Source of the DNA: a virus
Lineage: Duplodnaviria; Caudoviricetes
Virus record (IMG/VR): IMGVR_UViG_3300021958_000059
Location: 850-64,849 of that record
Length of the DNA: 64,000 nt
Direction: 5' to 3' (one strand)
Of this stretch, positions 1 through 6,807 are shown piece after piece. The position numbers were made by a program, and so were the translations under genes. Every line of letters begins with the position of its first letter. Positions within the stretch are counted from its first letter, which is position 1. The notes beneath the pieces were generated by a model. The model was given only the letters and a program-made list of their open reading frames with translations, made no database searches and was not told the DNA's origin.

Positions 1-19
1 GTAACAAAGGAAGCATAAC

Positions 20-232
20 ATGGCTATTCAATTTAATCGCGAAGCCTACAATCGTGTCTTTAATGATCTTGAAAGATTTAAAGACTTTTGTCGGTTCAAT
101 CAAGATAACCGCGGAAACTTTTATCCTTTTAATGAAAAGGATCTCTACAACAACAGCAGTTATGTGTGGAGAGCATTTGCGAAAACAAATCGCAAATATC
201 AAAATAATAATAAAAGGAACAAGCACCGATGA
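20..232 (+). CDS. Hypothetical protein (70 aa)
   Basis: ATG preceded by AAGGAAG; stop overlaps the next start (ATGA at 229-232). Confidence 0.75.
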   Translation: MAIQFNREAYNRVFNDLERFKDFCRFNQDNRGNFYPFNEKDLYNNSSYVWRAFAKTNRKYQNNNKRNKHR

Positions 233-1269
233 AAATATGGCTAGTTGATCTTGAAGCAGTAGAAACACGCTACACTAAACAGTGGAAGACTGAATTTCCC
301 AAACTGCTGAAGGCTCACGGCCATACTGTGCAAGTTCTAAATGGAGGAGATACGCCTCAGGCCACAACGCCCGGGGCGTTCCTCAACTTTGGTGGAACCA
401 ATGTTTATAAATCAAATCAATTAATGCAGATTGCGGAAGCGTTCTGTAAAGGAGAAGTAAAGGATGGAGATTATTTCCTATATACAGATGCGTGGAACCC
501 AACTGTTATCCAACTTAAATACATGGCTGAGCTACTGGGCATTAACATTAGAATCGGTGGCCTATGGCATGCTGGCAGTTATGATCCTGCTGATTTCCTT
601 GGCAGACTAATTGGTGATAAGCCTTGGGTAAGAAATGCTGAAAGAAGCATGTATGAATGCTTTGATCATAACTATTTCGCAAGTGAATTCCATATCGACA
701 TGTTCTTTGAAAGTTTTCCGGAACTGGATAGAAGCAAGGTAGTAAGAACGGGTTGGCCATTTGAATACATGGATGGACTGCTTACTATGTATAAGGGCAT
801 GAAGAAAACGGATACTGTGCTATTTCCGCACAGAATTGCTCCAGAAAAACAATTGCCTATATTCCAGGATTTAAAAGAAGCATTACCACAATACAACTTT
901 GTAGTTTGCCAGGAAAGGCAACTTTCAAAGAACGAATACCACAACCTGCTGGGAGAGGCGAAACTTGTGTTTAGTGCGAATCTACAAGAAACGCTGGGCA
1001 TCAGTTGGTATGAAGGCGCACTAGTAGGCGCACTTCCCATGGTTCCGGATAGATTGAGCTATTCAGAAATGGCCGTAGGAGATTTCCTATATCCAAGCGA
1101 ATGGACAGAGTCCATGGAATCATACAAGAAGCACAAGAAACAAGTGATGGACAAGATTGTTGATTATATGGAAAATTACGAGGACCATCTCGTAAGCCTA
1201 AATAAACAAGTAACAAAACTGAATGGAGAATATTTCGGTTGTGGAAATCTATTAAAGGCAATACAATAG
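229..1269 (+). CDS. GT-B fold glycosyltransferase (GT4-like)
   Basis: C-terminal EX7E motif ETLGISWYE in the context LVFSANLQETLGISWYEGALVGALPMVPD; VLFPHRIAPEK matches the start of the GT-B C-terminal domain. Confidence 0.8.
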   Translation: MKIWLVDLEAVETRYTKQWKTEFPKLLKAHGHTVQVLNGGDTPQATTPGAFLNFGGTNVYKSNQLMQIAEAFCKGEVKDGDYFLYTDAWNPTVIQLKYMAELLGINIRIGGLWHAGSYDPADFLGRLIGDKPWVRNAERSMYECFDHNYFASEFHIDMFFESFPELDRSKVVRTGWPFEYMDGLLTMYKGMKKTDTVLFPHRIAPEKQLPIFQDLKEALPQYNFVVCQERQLSKNEYHNLLGEAKLVFSANLQETLGISWYEGALVGALPMVPDRLSYSEMAVGDFLYPSEWTESMESYKKHKKQVMDKIVDYMENYEDHLVSLNKQVTKLNGEYFGCGNLLKAIQ

Positions 1270-1274
1270 CAACA

Positions 1275-1302
1275 TGGCAATCCACTGCCTTAACATCGGA
1301 GA
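1275..1302 (+). promoter_or_regulatory. Candidate cis-regulatory RNA (small H-type pseudoknot) over the folE Shine-Dalgarno
   Basis: Stem GGCA(1276-1279)/TGCC(1286-1289); loop ATCCAC; tail TTAACA; loop TCC is complementary to GGA(1298-1300) of the SD. Predicted by eye only. Confidence 0.4.
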
Positions 1303-1308
1303 AGTAAA

Positions 1309-1995
1309 TTGAAAAAATACGAAGAAGTAACACGCAGGTTGAAGGACGCAAACAAGCGTCATTGGGCAGGCGATAATATTAGCGAATTCATCTATGAGGG
1401 CGAAAAGCAAACACTAATTGACGAAGCCGCAGAAAAATTTGAGGGCGTTTTAGACGCACTATTAATTGATCGTGCAACTGATCCTAACAGCCAAGGCACT
1501 GCTAAACGCCTTGCTAAAATGTATTATAATGAATTAATGCAGGGACGTTATGACAAGATTCCTACTGCAACTGCTTTCCCCAATGACGGAGCAGATGCTT
1601 ATACAGGCATGCTTGTGGTTCGATCAGAACTAAAGAGTGTATGCTCGCATCATCATCAACCTGTTAGCGGAGTGGCATACATCGGTATTATTCCTAATGG
1701 CAAGGTAATTGGACTTAGCAAATATACACGTATTGCACAGTGGTGTGCAAGGCGTGGAACGCTACAGGAAGAACTGTGCAATGACATTGCACGTGAAATC
1801 AAGAAAGCAACGAACTCAAAGAACATTGGTGTGTATATCCAGGCAACGCATGGTTGTTGTGAGAATAGAGGCATCATGGCACACAGTTCATTGACACAGA
1901 CTACAGTGCTTGAAGGTTCGTTCAAGGATGATCCAGGCACTAAGAAAGAATTCATGGATAACATTAAACTGCAACAGGAGTTTGCACCACGATGA
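1309..1995 (+). CDS. folE: GTP cyclohydrolase I
   Basis: Zn ligands in SVCSHHHQP and HGCCENRG; GKVIGLSKYTRI and R.TLQEEL motifs; TTG start 7 nt after GGAG. Confidence 0.97.
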   Translation: MKKYEEVTRRLKDANKRHWAGDNISEFIYEGEKQTLIDEAAEKFEGVLDALLIDRATDPNSQGTAKRLAKMYYNELMQGRYDKIPTATAFPNDGADAYTGMLVVRSELKSVCSHHHQPVSGVAYIGIIPNGKVIGLSKYTRIAQWCARRGTLQEELCNDIAREIKKATNSKNIGVYIQATHGCCENRGIMAHSSLTQTTVLEGSFKDDPGTKKEFMDNIKLQQEFAPR

Positions 1996-2090
1996 TTTAT
2001 GATTATATCGCATGCAGAATGGCACAGGTATTCATTGTTATTGTTTTTGCAATAGGTGTCATTGGTTTCATACAGGACTTTATATTATGA
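1992..2090 (+). CDS. Small hydrophobic peptide (32 aa, MIYDYIACRMAQVFIVIVFAIGVIGFIQDFIL); below the ORF-track cutoff
   Basis: Translated by hand; ATGA overlap with the folE stop and with the next ORF; one TM-like segment. Confidence 0.55.
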   Translation: MIYDYIACRMAQVFIVIVFAIGVIGFIQDFIL

Positions 2091-2182
2091 TGAGTTCGAT
2101 AATGGGACCTATGATCGGAATAGTAATGATAATTTCTCTAGTGCTGTTTGCGCTGGAGATTTATAAAGGAGATAAAAAGTGA
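2087..2182 (+). CDS. Small hydrophobic peptide (31 aa, MMSSIMGPMIGIVMIISLVLFALEIYKGDKK)
   Basis: Translated by hand; ATGA/GTGA overlaps at both ends; one TM-like segment. Confidence 0.55.
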   Translation: MMSSIMGPMIGIVMIISLVLFALEIYKGDKK

Positions 2183-2319
2183 GCGGCAAGGGAAGTAAAC
2201 AGCGACCTACACAAATTCCTCGAAAACAATTTGAGGATAATTGGGATAAAATTTTTAACAAAAAAGAAAGGAAGGACAAGGATGCCAATACCAGAACACA
2301 TCATAATTCCAGCAGGTAA
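2179..2319 (+). CDS. Small basic phage protein (46 aa, MSGKGSKQRPTQIPRKQFEDNWDKIFNKK...)
   Basis: AAGGAG at 2166-2171 before GTG; the GKGSK.RP...F.DNWD.IF pattern is one I recognise from aquatic T4-like phages. Confidence 0.7.
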   Translation: MSGKGSKQRPTQIPRKQFEDNWDKIFNKKERKDKDANTRTHHNSSR

Positions 2320-2470
2320 GGATCCAGGCAGAGGACATTTTTATGTCAGCCTGGTAAAGAGTTTTGTTAGGATTGCAGGTTTTGCATTTCTAATGGCGGG
2401 TAATTTTTGGATTGCGGGTCTACTGCTTATTGGAGCAGAAGGACTAGGAGTAGTAGAGGAGTTGGTATAA
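2282..2470 (+). CDS. Small membrane protein (62 aa)
   Basis: Start moved to ATG 2282 (AAGGA upstream); HFYVSLVKSFVRIAGF...GAEGLGVVEE hydrophobic hairpin. Confidence 0.7.
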   Translation: MPIPEHIIIPAGKDPGRGHFYVSLVKSFVRIAGFAFLMAGNFWIAGLLLIGAEGLGVVEELV

Positions 2471-2703
2471 TGAATCTAAATGAACAGCGTGTGTATGCGG
2501 TCCAACCGCAAAAGACACAGAAGGACATTAAGATTCTTACGCCTAACGAAGCATTAATGTATAATCTTCGTGGTATTAAGTTAGTCGACATGACTGAACT
2601 GCACAATCTAACTCCACACAAGGTAAGGCTGAGCAGACAGCACTGTCCAATGAAAGGAATAGATTATGGGGCCATTTTCGGAAGAGCTACAGCAGAAGCG
2701 TAG
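2470..2703 (+). CDS. Hypothetical protein (77 aa)
   Basis: ATG overlaps the previous TAA (TAATG); part of track ORF 2407..2703. Confidence 0.6.
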   Translation: MNLNEQRVYAVQPQKTQKDIKILTPNEALMYNLRGIKLVDMTELHNLTPHKVRLSRQHCPMKGIDYGAIFGRATAEA

Positions 2704-2863
2704 CAATTACCTTAAATCATTAATTGCTGATCCAAAAATACCAGATGATATGAAAAGAATTTGGAAACAACATTATAATAACCTTGCAGTCAATGAAGAT
2801 GAATATAACAAGAGAGTGAAGGAAGTATATGCGAAAGTTCAACCCTGGAAAACCCTTGCGTGA
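2666..2863 (+). CDS. Hypothetical protein (65 aa)
   Basis: Fills the gap between co-oriented genes; plausible helical sequence. Confidence 0.6.
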   Translation: MGPFSEELQQKRSNYLKSLIADPKIPDDMKRIWKQHYNNLAVNEDEYNKRVKEVYAKVQPWKTLA

Positions 2864-3263
2864 TGATCTAATGGTGCAGGAACAGATTGACGGTTCCTGG
2901 CAACACATGGTAGGCGTGATAATGCTTAACCAAACTGATCGAATTCAGGTAAAGCGGGTGCTTCCAAACTTCCTCGCAAAATGGAATACACCCAAAAAAT
3001 TCCTAAGAAGCACGCCAGAACAGGTGATAGAAGTCATAAGAGAATTGGGCTTTTATAACAGGCGGGAAAATGCACTGCGTAAAATGTCAGAACAATACTT
3101 GACATGGGACGGAAATGATGCTACAATACTATATGGAATTGGAAAATATGGAAGTGATAGTTACGAAATATTTTTCAAACAAAACTATAGCGTTCAACCC
3201 ACAGACAAGGAATTGAAACGCTATCTAAGAGAAAGAGGTTTAGATGTTCTTGAAACTGCTTGA
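2856..3263 (+). CDS. HhH-GPD DNA glycosylase, MBD4-like (start uncertain: 2829 or 2856)
   Basis: W.HMVGVIMLNQT; LGFYNRR; HhH segment LYGIGKYGSDSYEIF parallels the MBD4 glycosylase motif LHGIGKYGNDSYRIF. Confidence 0.85.
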   Translation: MRDDLMVQEQIDGSWQHMVGVIMLNQTDRIQVKRVLPNFLAKWNTPKKFLRSTPEQVIEVIRELGFYNRRENALRKMSEQYLTWDGNDATILYGIGKYGSDSYEIFFKQNYSVQPTDKELKRYLRERGLDVLETA

Positions 3264-3744
3264 TAAACTAGGTCGCAAGCGAACTATATACGATAGAGCC
3301 GGTAAGATTCCCTATCTTGATCGTTACTATATTTTTTTAAAGGATAGAAAACGTTTTCCATTTAATATTACACTGCACAAGGTTATGATAGGTGATGAAC
3401 CTGTGCTACATGATCATCCCTGGGGTTATGCAACACTGATCCTAAAGGGAGGCTATTGGGAACACATTCCACTGCGAAACGAAACAACTGGTGGTGTGGT
3501 AGGTAGCACACGAGTATGGAGAGGTCCTGGACACTTCCGCATTAGGAGTGCAGATGATCTGCATTGGTTGGAACTACCCAAGGACAAGAATGGTAATGAA
3601 ATTCCATGCTGGAGTTTGTTCTTCATGGGCAAGAAGCAGAAGGAGTGGGGATTCCTTCCTTGGCATGGTGGAGACACAATTGAAGAACGTGGTTACAAGT
3701 GGATACACAATGAGGAGTATTTGAGTGACAGTAACATCTTTTAA
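3244..3744 (+). CDS. Cupin-like protein with HDHPW motif
   Basis: LHKVMIGDEPVLHDHPWGYATLILKGGYWEH...HFRIRSADDLHWLEL resembles cupin motifs 1 and 2. Confidence 0.65.
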   Translation: MFLKLLDKLGRKRTIYDRAGKIPYLDRYYIFLKDRKRFPFNITLHKVMIGDEPVLHDHPWGYATLILKGGYWEHIPLRNETTGGVVGSTRVWRGPGHFRIRSADDLHWLELPKDKNGNEIPCWSLFFMGKKQKEWGFLPWHGGDTIEERGYKWIHNEEYLSDSNIF

Positions 3745-4339
3745 TTTTCCTAATTTTGGATACCTAACCGATAGTATTCCTAGTGATATATTAAATATTT
3801 TAACAAACAGAGTAGGTTTATTAGATCAAAATTCTAAAAAAATGAATAATATTTTAGCAGGTAACCTAAAAAATGAATTCAATATATCAGATGTTGCTCC
3901 ATCGATAGAGCCGTATATATTAGATCTTTTAAATAGATACGATGAAGATTTTAATTATTTAAAAACTATTGGAAATTTAACATCCAATGTTCCCTTCGTA
4001 ATGGATGACCTGTGGGTTAACTTACAAGAAAAACACGAGTTTAATCCTAATCATCATCATGCTGGCATTATGAGCTTTGTTATCTGGTTAAAAGTTCCTT
4101 TCTCAAGGGAACAAGAAGATCTGTATTCGCCAGGTAATAAATCTAATAAAAATTGTTCAGGAAACTTTGAGTTGTTATATACATCTACGTTAGGAAATAT
4201 ATCATACATTACAATACCTGCAGAAGAAGGAAAAATATTAATGTTTCCTAATAAATTAGTGCATTGTGTATATCCTTTTTATAGTAGCGACGAACCTCGG
4301 ATATCTATATCCGGAAATGTTTATCTAAATGCAAACTAA
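3725..4339 (+). CDS. Putative 2OG-Fe(II) oxygenase
   Basis: EFNPNHHHAGIMSFVIWL (HxH), EGKILMFPNKLVHCVYP (distal His) and RISISGN (2OG-binding Arg). Confidence 0.8.
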   Translation: MTVTSFNFPNFGYLTDSIPSDILNILTNRVGLLDQNSKKMNNILAGNLKNEFNISDVAPSIEPYILDLLNRYDEDFNYLKTIGNLTSNVPFVMDDLWVNLQEKHEFNPNHHHAGIMSFVIWLKVPFSREQEDLYSPGNKSNKNCSGNFELLYTSTLGNISYITIPAEEGKILMFPNKLVHCVYPFYSSDEPRISISGNVYLNAN

Positions 4340-4353
4340 AATTGGAGGACAAA

Positions 4354-4683
4354 ATGGTTAAAAAAGATTATTACAGTTGGCAGGAGTTTGAAACTGATGA
4401 AGCCAAGAATTGGTTACGCACACTACTCAAGGAACGTGAGGTTGTGGTTACCTTTTCCAAGGTAAATGGCGATGAACGTGTGATGACATGCACACTCAAG
4501 GATGAATCCATTCCAGAGGAACACAGACCCAAACTCAAGGATACTCACCCACTGAAAGAAGTGGAAGAACAAAAAGAAGATAAGACCTGCACTGTTTATG
4601 ATATCAATGCCAAGGGTTGGAGAAGTTTCCGTTGGGCAAACATAAAGCAGATTGACTTTTCATTGGAGGCTCAAAATGGTTAA
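4354..4683 (+). CDS. WYL-like/SH3-fold small protein
   Basis: VVVTFSKVNGDERVMTCTL...VYDINAKGWRSFRW pattern; GGAGG at 4344-4348 supports ATG 4354. Confidence 0.7.
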   Translation: MVKKDYYSWQEFETDEAKNWLRTLLKEREVVVTFSKVNGDERVMTCTLKDESIPEEHRPKLKDTHPLKEVEEQKEDKTCTVYDINAKGWRSFRWANIKQIDFSLEAQNG

Positions 4684-5236
4684 AAAAGTTTACTACTCCT
4701 GGCAGGACGTGGAAAAAATGTGTGTAAATATTGTCACACAAATGTATAAGGATAACTGGAAACCGGATTACATAGTTGGAATTACACGTGGAGGTAATGT
4801 TCCTGCTACAATCATTTCAAACATGACTGGCATACGCTGTGAAGCACTAAAGGTAAGCCTGCGTGATGATAGCGGACACGGTATTGAGTCAAATGCTTGG
4901 ATGAGTGAGGACGCATACGGATACGATGAAAACGGAGAGTATGCTCCAGAGATGGGACAGTTTAAACACAATCCAGAAGGTAAGAATATTTTAATTGTTG
5001 ATGACATTAATGATACTGGGTCTACATTTAACTGGATTAAGGAAGATTGGAGAACTAGTTGTTTACCTAACTCACCCGTATGGGATCAGATTTGGGGTGA
5101 CAATGTTCGCTTTGCAGTATTAACAGAAAATTTATCAAGCGAGTTTGACGGTGTGTCATACTACTGTGATGAAGTTAACAAGGCTGAGGAAGACTGTTGG
5201 TTAGTTTATCCTTGGGAAAACGTGGGAGAATACTAA
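4676..5236 (+). CDS. Type I phosphoribosyltransferase (purine PRTase/Gpt-like)
   Basis: IVGITRGG, PRPP loop ILIVDDINDTGST and C-terminal WLVYPWE; GGAGG before ATG 4676. Confidence 0.9.
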   Translation: MVKKVYYSWQDVEKMCVNIVTQMYKDNWKPDYIVGITRGGNVPATIISNMTGIRCEALKVSLRDDSGHGIESNAWMSEDAYGYDENGEYAPEMGQFKHNPEGKNILIVDDINDTGSTFNWIKEDWRTSCLPNSPVWDQIWGDNVRFAVLTENLSSEFDGVSYYCDEVNKAEEDCWLVYPWENVGEY

Positions 5237-5466
5237 TGCCAACAGAATACGATAAGGTATGCACAGTTACATGCACAGACAATGACAAGGTAGCAGAAGC
5301 AGAAGTTGAAAGATTTCAAGAAAAGCAGTCCGTAGATATCTGGCTTGCAGGTAATAAAATACACATGCAATACAATGGAAAGGTATATGTCGGAAACAAG
5401 ATGGGGTTTGAATTTACAACACCCGGTCCAAGAGTATACCAAATAAACAGAGGTAGGGGATTTTAA
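5236..5466 (+). CDS. Hypothetical protein (76 aa)
   Basis: TAATG overlap with the PRTase stop; GGAG upstream. Confidence 0.7.
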   Translation: MPTEYDKVCTVTCTDNDKVAEAEVERFQEKQSVDIWLAGNKIHMQYNGKVYVGNKMGFEFTTPGPRVYQINRGRGF

Positions 5467-5624
5467 TGGCAGTAAAAGTAATCTATAAAAGAGAAGATTG
5501 GGAAAGTGTGGCAACCTGTATTAGAACAGAACAGGTTCCGGCAGAAGATATTGTTGCGATTTTCAATGATAATCCAGAATTTAAAACATGGTATGAACAG
5601 GAGTATATTAATGACAATGACTAA
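5466..5624 (+). CDS. Hypothetical protein (52 aa, MAVKVIYKREDWESVATCIRTEQVPAED...); not in the ORF track
   Basis: Translated by hand; TAATG coupling; fills the gap exactly. Confidence 0.65.
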   Translation: MAVKVIYKREDWESVATCIRTEQVPAEDIVAIFNDNPEFKTWYEQEYINDND

Positions 5625-5937
5625 GGATGAAGCGTATAGCATCATTAGTAATCTAAACGAAGAAGCACACTCAGCCGCGTGGGATAGTTGGGTGGCGGCT
5701 GATGAGATGGGTGAAAGCGATGACGAGGAAGATTGGGCTGCCTCTGAAGAAATGAGAGAAGAAGCCAGCGAAGAGCAGGCTAGATATTTCAGAACTGATT
5801 TTCAAAATCTACCGCAGGATCAACAGGACGCTATCTGGGCATGGGCTCAGAAGGATGACGACTTTGCTGAGGATTTAAAAGCATGGTATGGTCAAACTGA
5901 GTTTGATGATCACATTGACGAATTAGAGAATGAATGA
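5611..5937 (+). CDS. Acidic hypothetical protein
   Basis: CAGGAG 7 nt before ATG 5611; very D/E-rich. Confidence 0.7.
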   Translation: MTMTKDEAYSIISNLNEEAHSAAWDSWVAADEMGESDDEEDWAASEEMREEASEEQARYFRTDFQNLPQDQQDAIWAWAQKDDDFAEDLKAWYGQTEFDDHIDELENE

Positions 5938-6359
5938 TGACTGATACTTTAGAAACAGCACAGCAACAAGGTAGAGCTCCTTGGTCCGAGGTAGAAATTG
6001 ATACACGTGAATTTATTGTTTATCGTGATATCTATCCTGTGACTCCGGGGCACACACTTGTTGTTCCAAAAGAAAACACACAAGAAAATATTTTAAAGTG
6101 TTTTAAATTTGCTATGGAAATGGGAAGCATGAATATAGAAGCAGATAATGATATCACAGGTTACAATATTGGTATTAACATGGGTGCTAGTGCAGGACAG
6201 ACCTGTATGTATCCACATGTTCATTTAATTTTCCGTCGAGACGGAGATATGGAAGACCCCGCAGGTGGTGTTCGTGGAGTTATTCCAGAGAAACAAAAAT
6301 ACACCAAAAAAGAAATCAATCAGATAGAAATGTTTGATGAACCGACAGTTGGATGTTGA
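5934..6359 (+). CDS. HIT-family nucleotide hydrolase
   Basis: DIYPVTPGHTLVVPK; GYNIGINMGASAGQTCMYPHVHLIFR. Confidence 0.92.
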   Translation: MMTDTLETAQQQGRAPWSEVEIDTREFIVYRDIYPVTPGHTLVVPKENTQENILKCFKFAMEMGSMNIEADNDITGYNIGINMGASAGQTCMYPHVHLIFRRDGDMEDPAGGVRGVIPEKQKYTKKEINQIEMFDEPTVGC

Positions 6360-6372
6360 AAAGGAGAAAACA

Positions 6373-6591
6373 ATGGCACTAGGTAGAGAATACAATCGCG
6401 AAAACGCAATTGAAGCAATTAAGGAACACGCCAAAGGACACATTGCTAAACACGCAATGAACGTTGAAGTGTATCTTAAGAATGCTGCTGGCGTTGGCGA
6501 GCATCCTGATATTTTGGAAGCAATTGAAAAAGAACTTAAAATTATTGCAGAATATCATGATCAGTTAGAAGTCCTTGAAAAGTATTTCTAG
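6373..6591 (+). CDS. Conserved phage hypothetical protein (72 aa)
   Basis: AAGGAG at 6361-6366; HA.NVEVYL.N..GVGEHPDI.EAIEKEL pattern. Confidence 0.75.
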   Translation: MALGREYNRENAIEAIKEHAKGHIAKHAMNVEVYLKNAAGVGEHPDILEAIEKELKIIAEYHDQLEVLEKYF

Positions 6592-6600
6592 GAGGATATT

Positions 6601-6807
6601 TTGGCACACACCATAAAGTTAGAGGAAGATCCGGATACGGGTGATCTGGTTCTTCCATTACCCACCGAATTACTGAATCAAATGGGCTGGGATTTTGGAG
6701 ATACCTTAATTTGGGATGATAATTACGATGGCAGTTTTACACTGTCTAAAAAGGTTGACAAAGAGCAAGAGAAAGTGTATAATAAAGACAATGATAATAG
6801 CAACTGA
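6601..6807 (+). CDS. AbrB/MazE-like DNA-binding small protein
   Basis: GDLVLPLPTELLNQMGWDFGDTLIW swapped-hairpin pattern; GGAGG before TTG. Confidence 0.65.
   Translation: MAHTIKLEEDPDTGDLVLPLPTELLNQMGWDFGDTLIWDDNYDGSFTLSKKVDKEQEKVYNKDNDNSN
6755..6783 (+). promoter_or_regulatory. Consensus sigma70 promoter for queE
   Basis: TTGACA(6755-6760), 17-nt spacer, TATAAT(6778-6783): perfect consensus. Confidence 0.85.

Noticed and set aside
1266-1277. The 12-mer ATAGCAACATGG occurs at both 1266-1277 (folE leader) and 63633-63644 (start of the ncRNA candidate)
   Set aside because: About 10^2 chance 12-mer repeats are expected in 64 kb. The position at the 5' edge of both RNA candidates is curious, but there is no further similarity. 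Revisit only if it is conserved in relatives
6601-6807. Toxin-antitoxin pair (MazE-like antitoxin)
   Set aside because: No MazF or PIN toxin is adjacent; the downstream gene is queE
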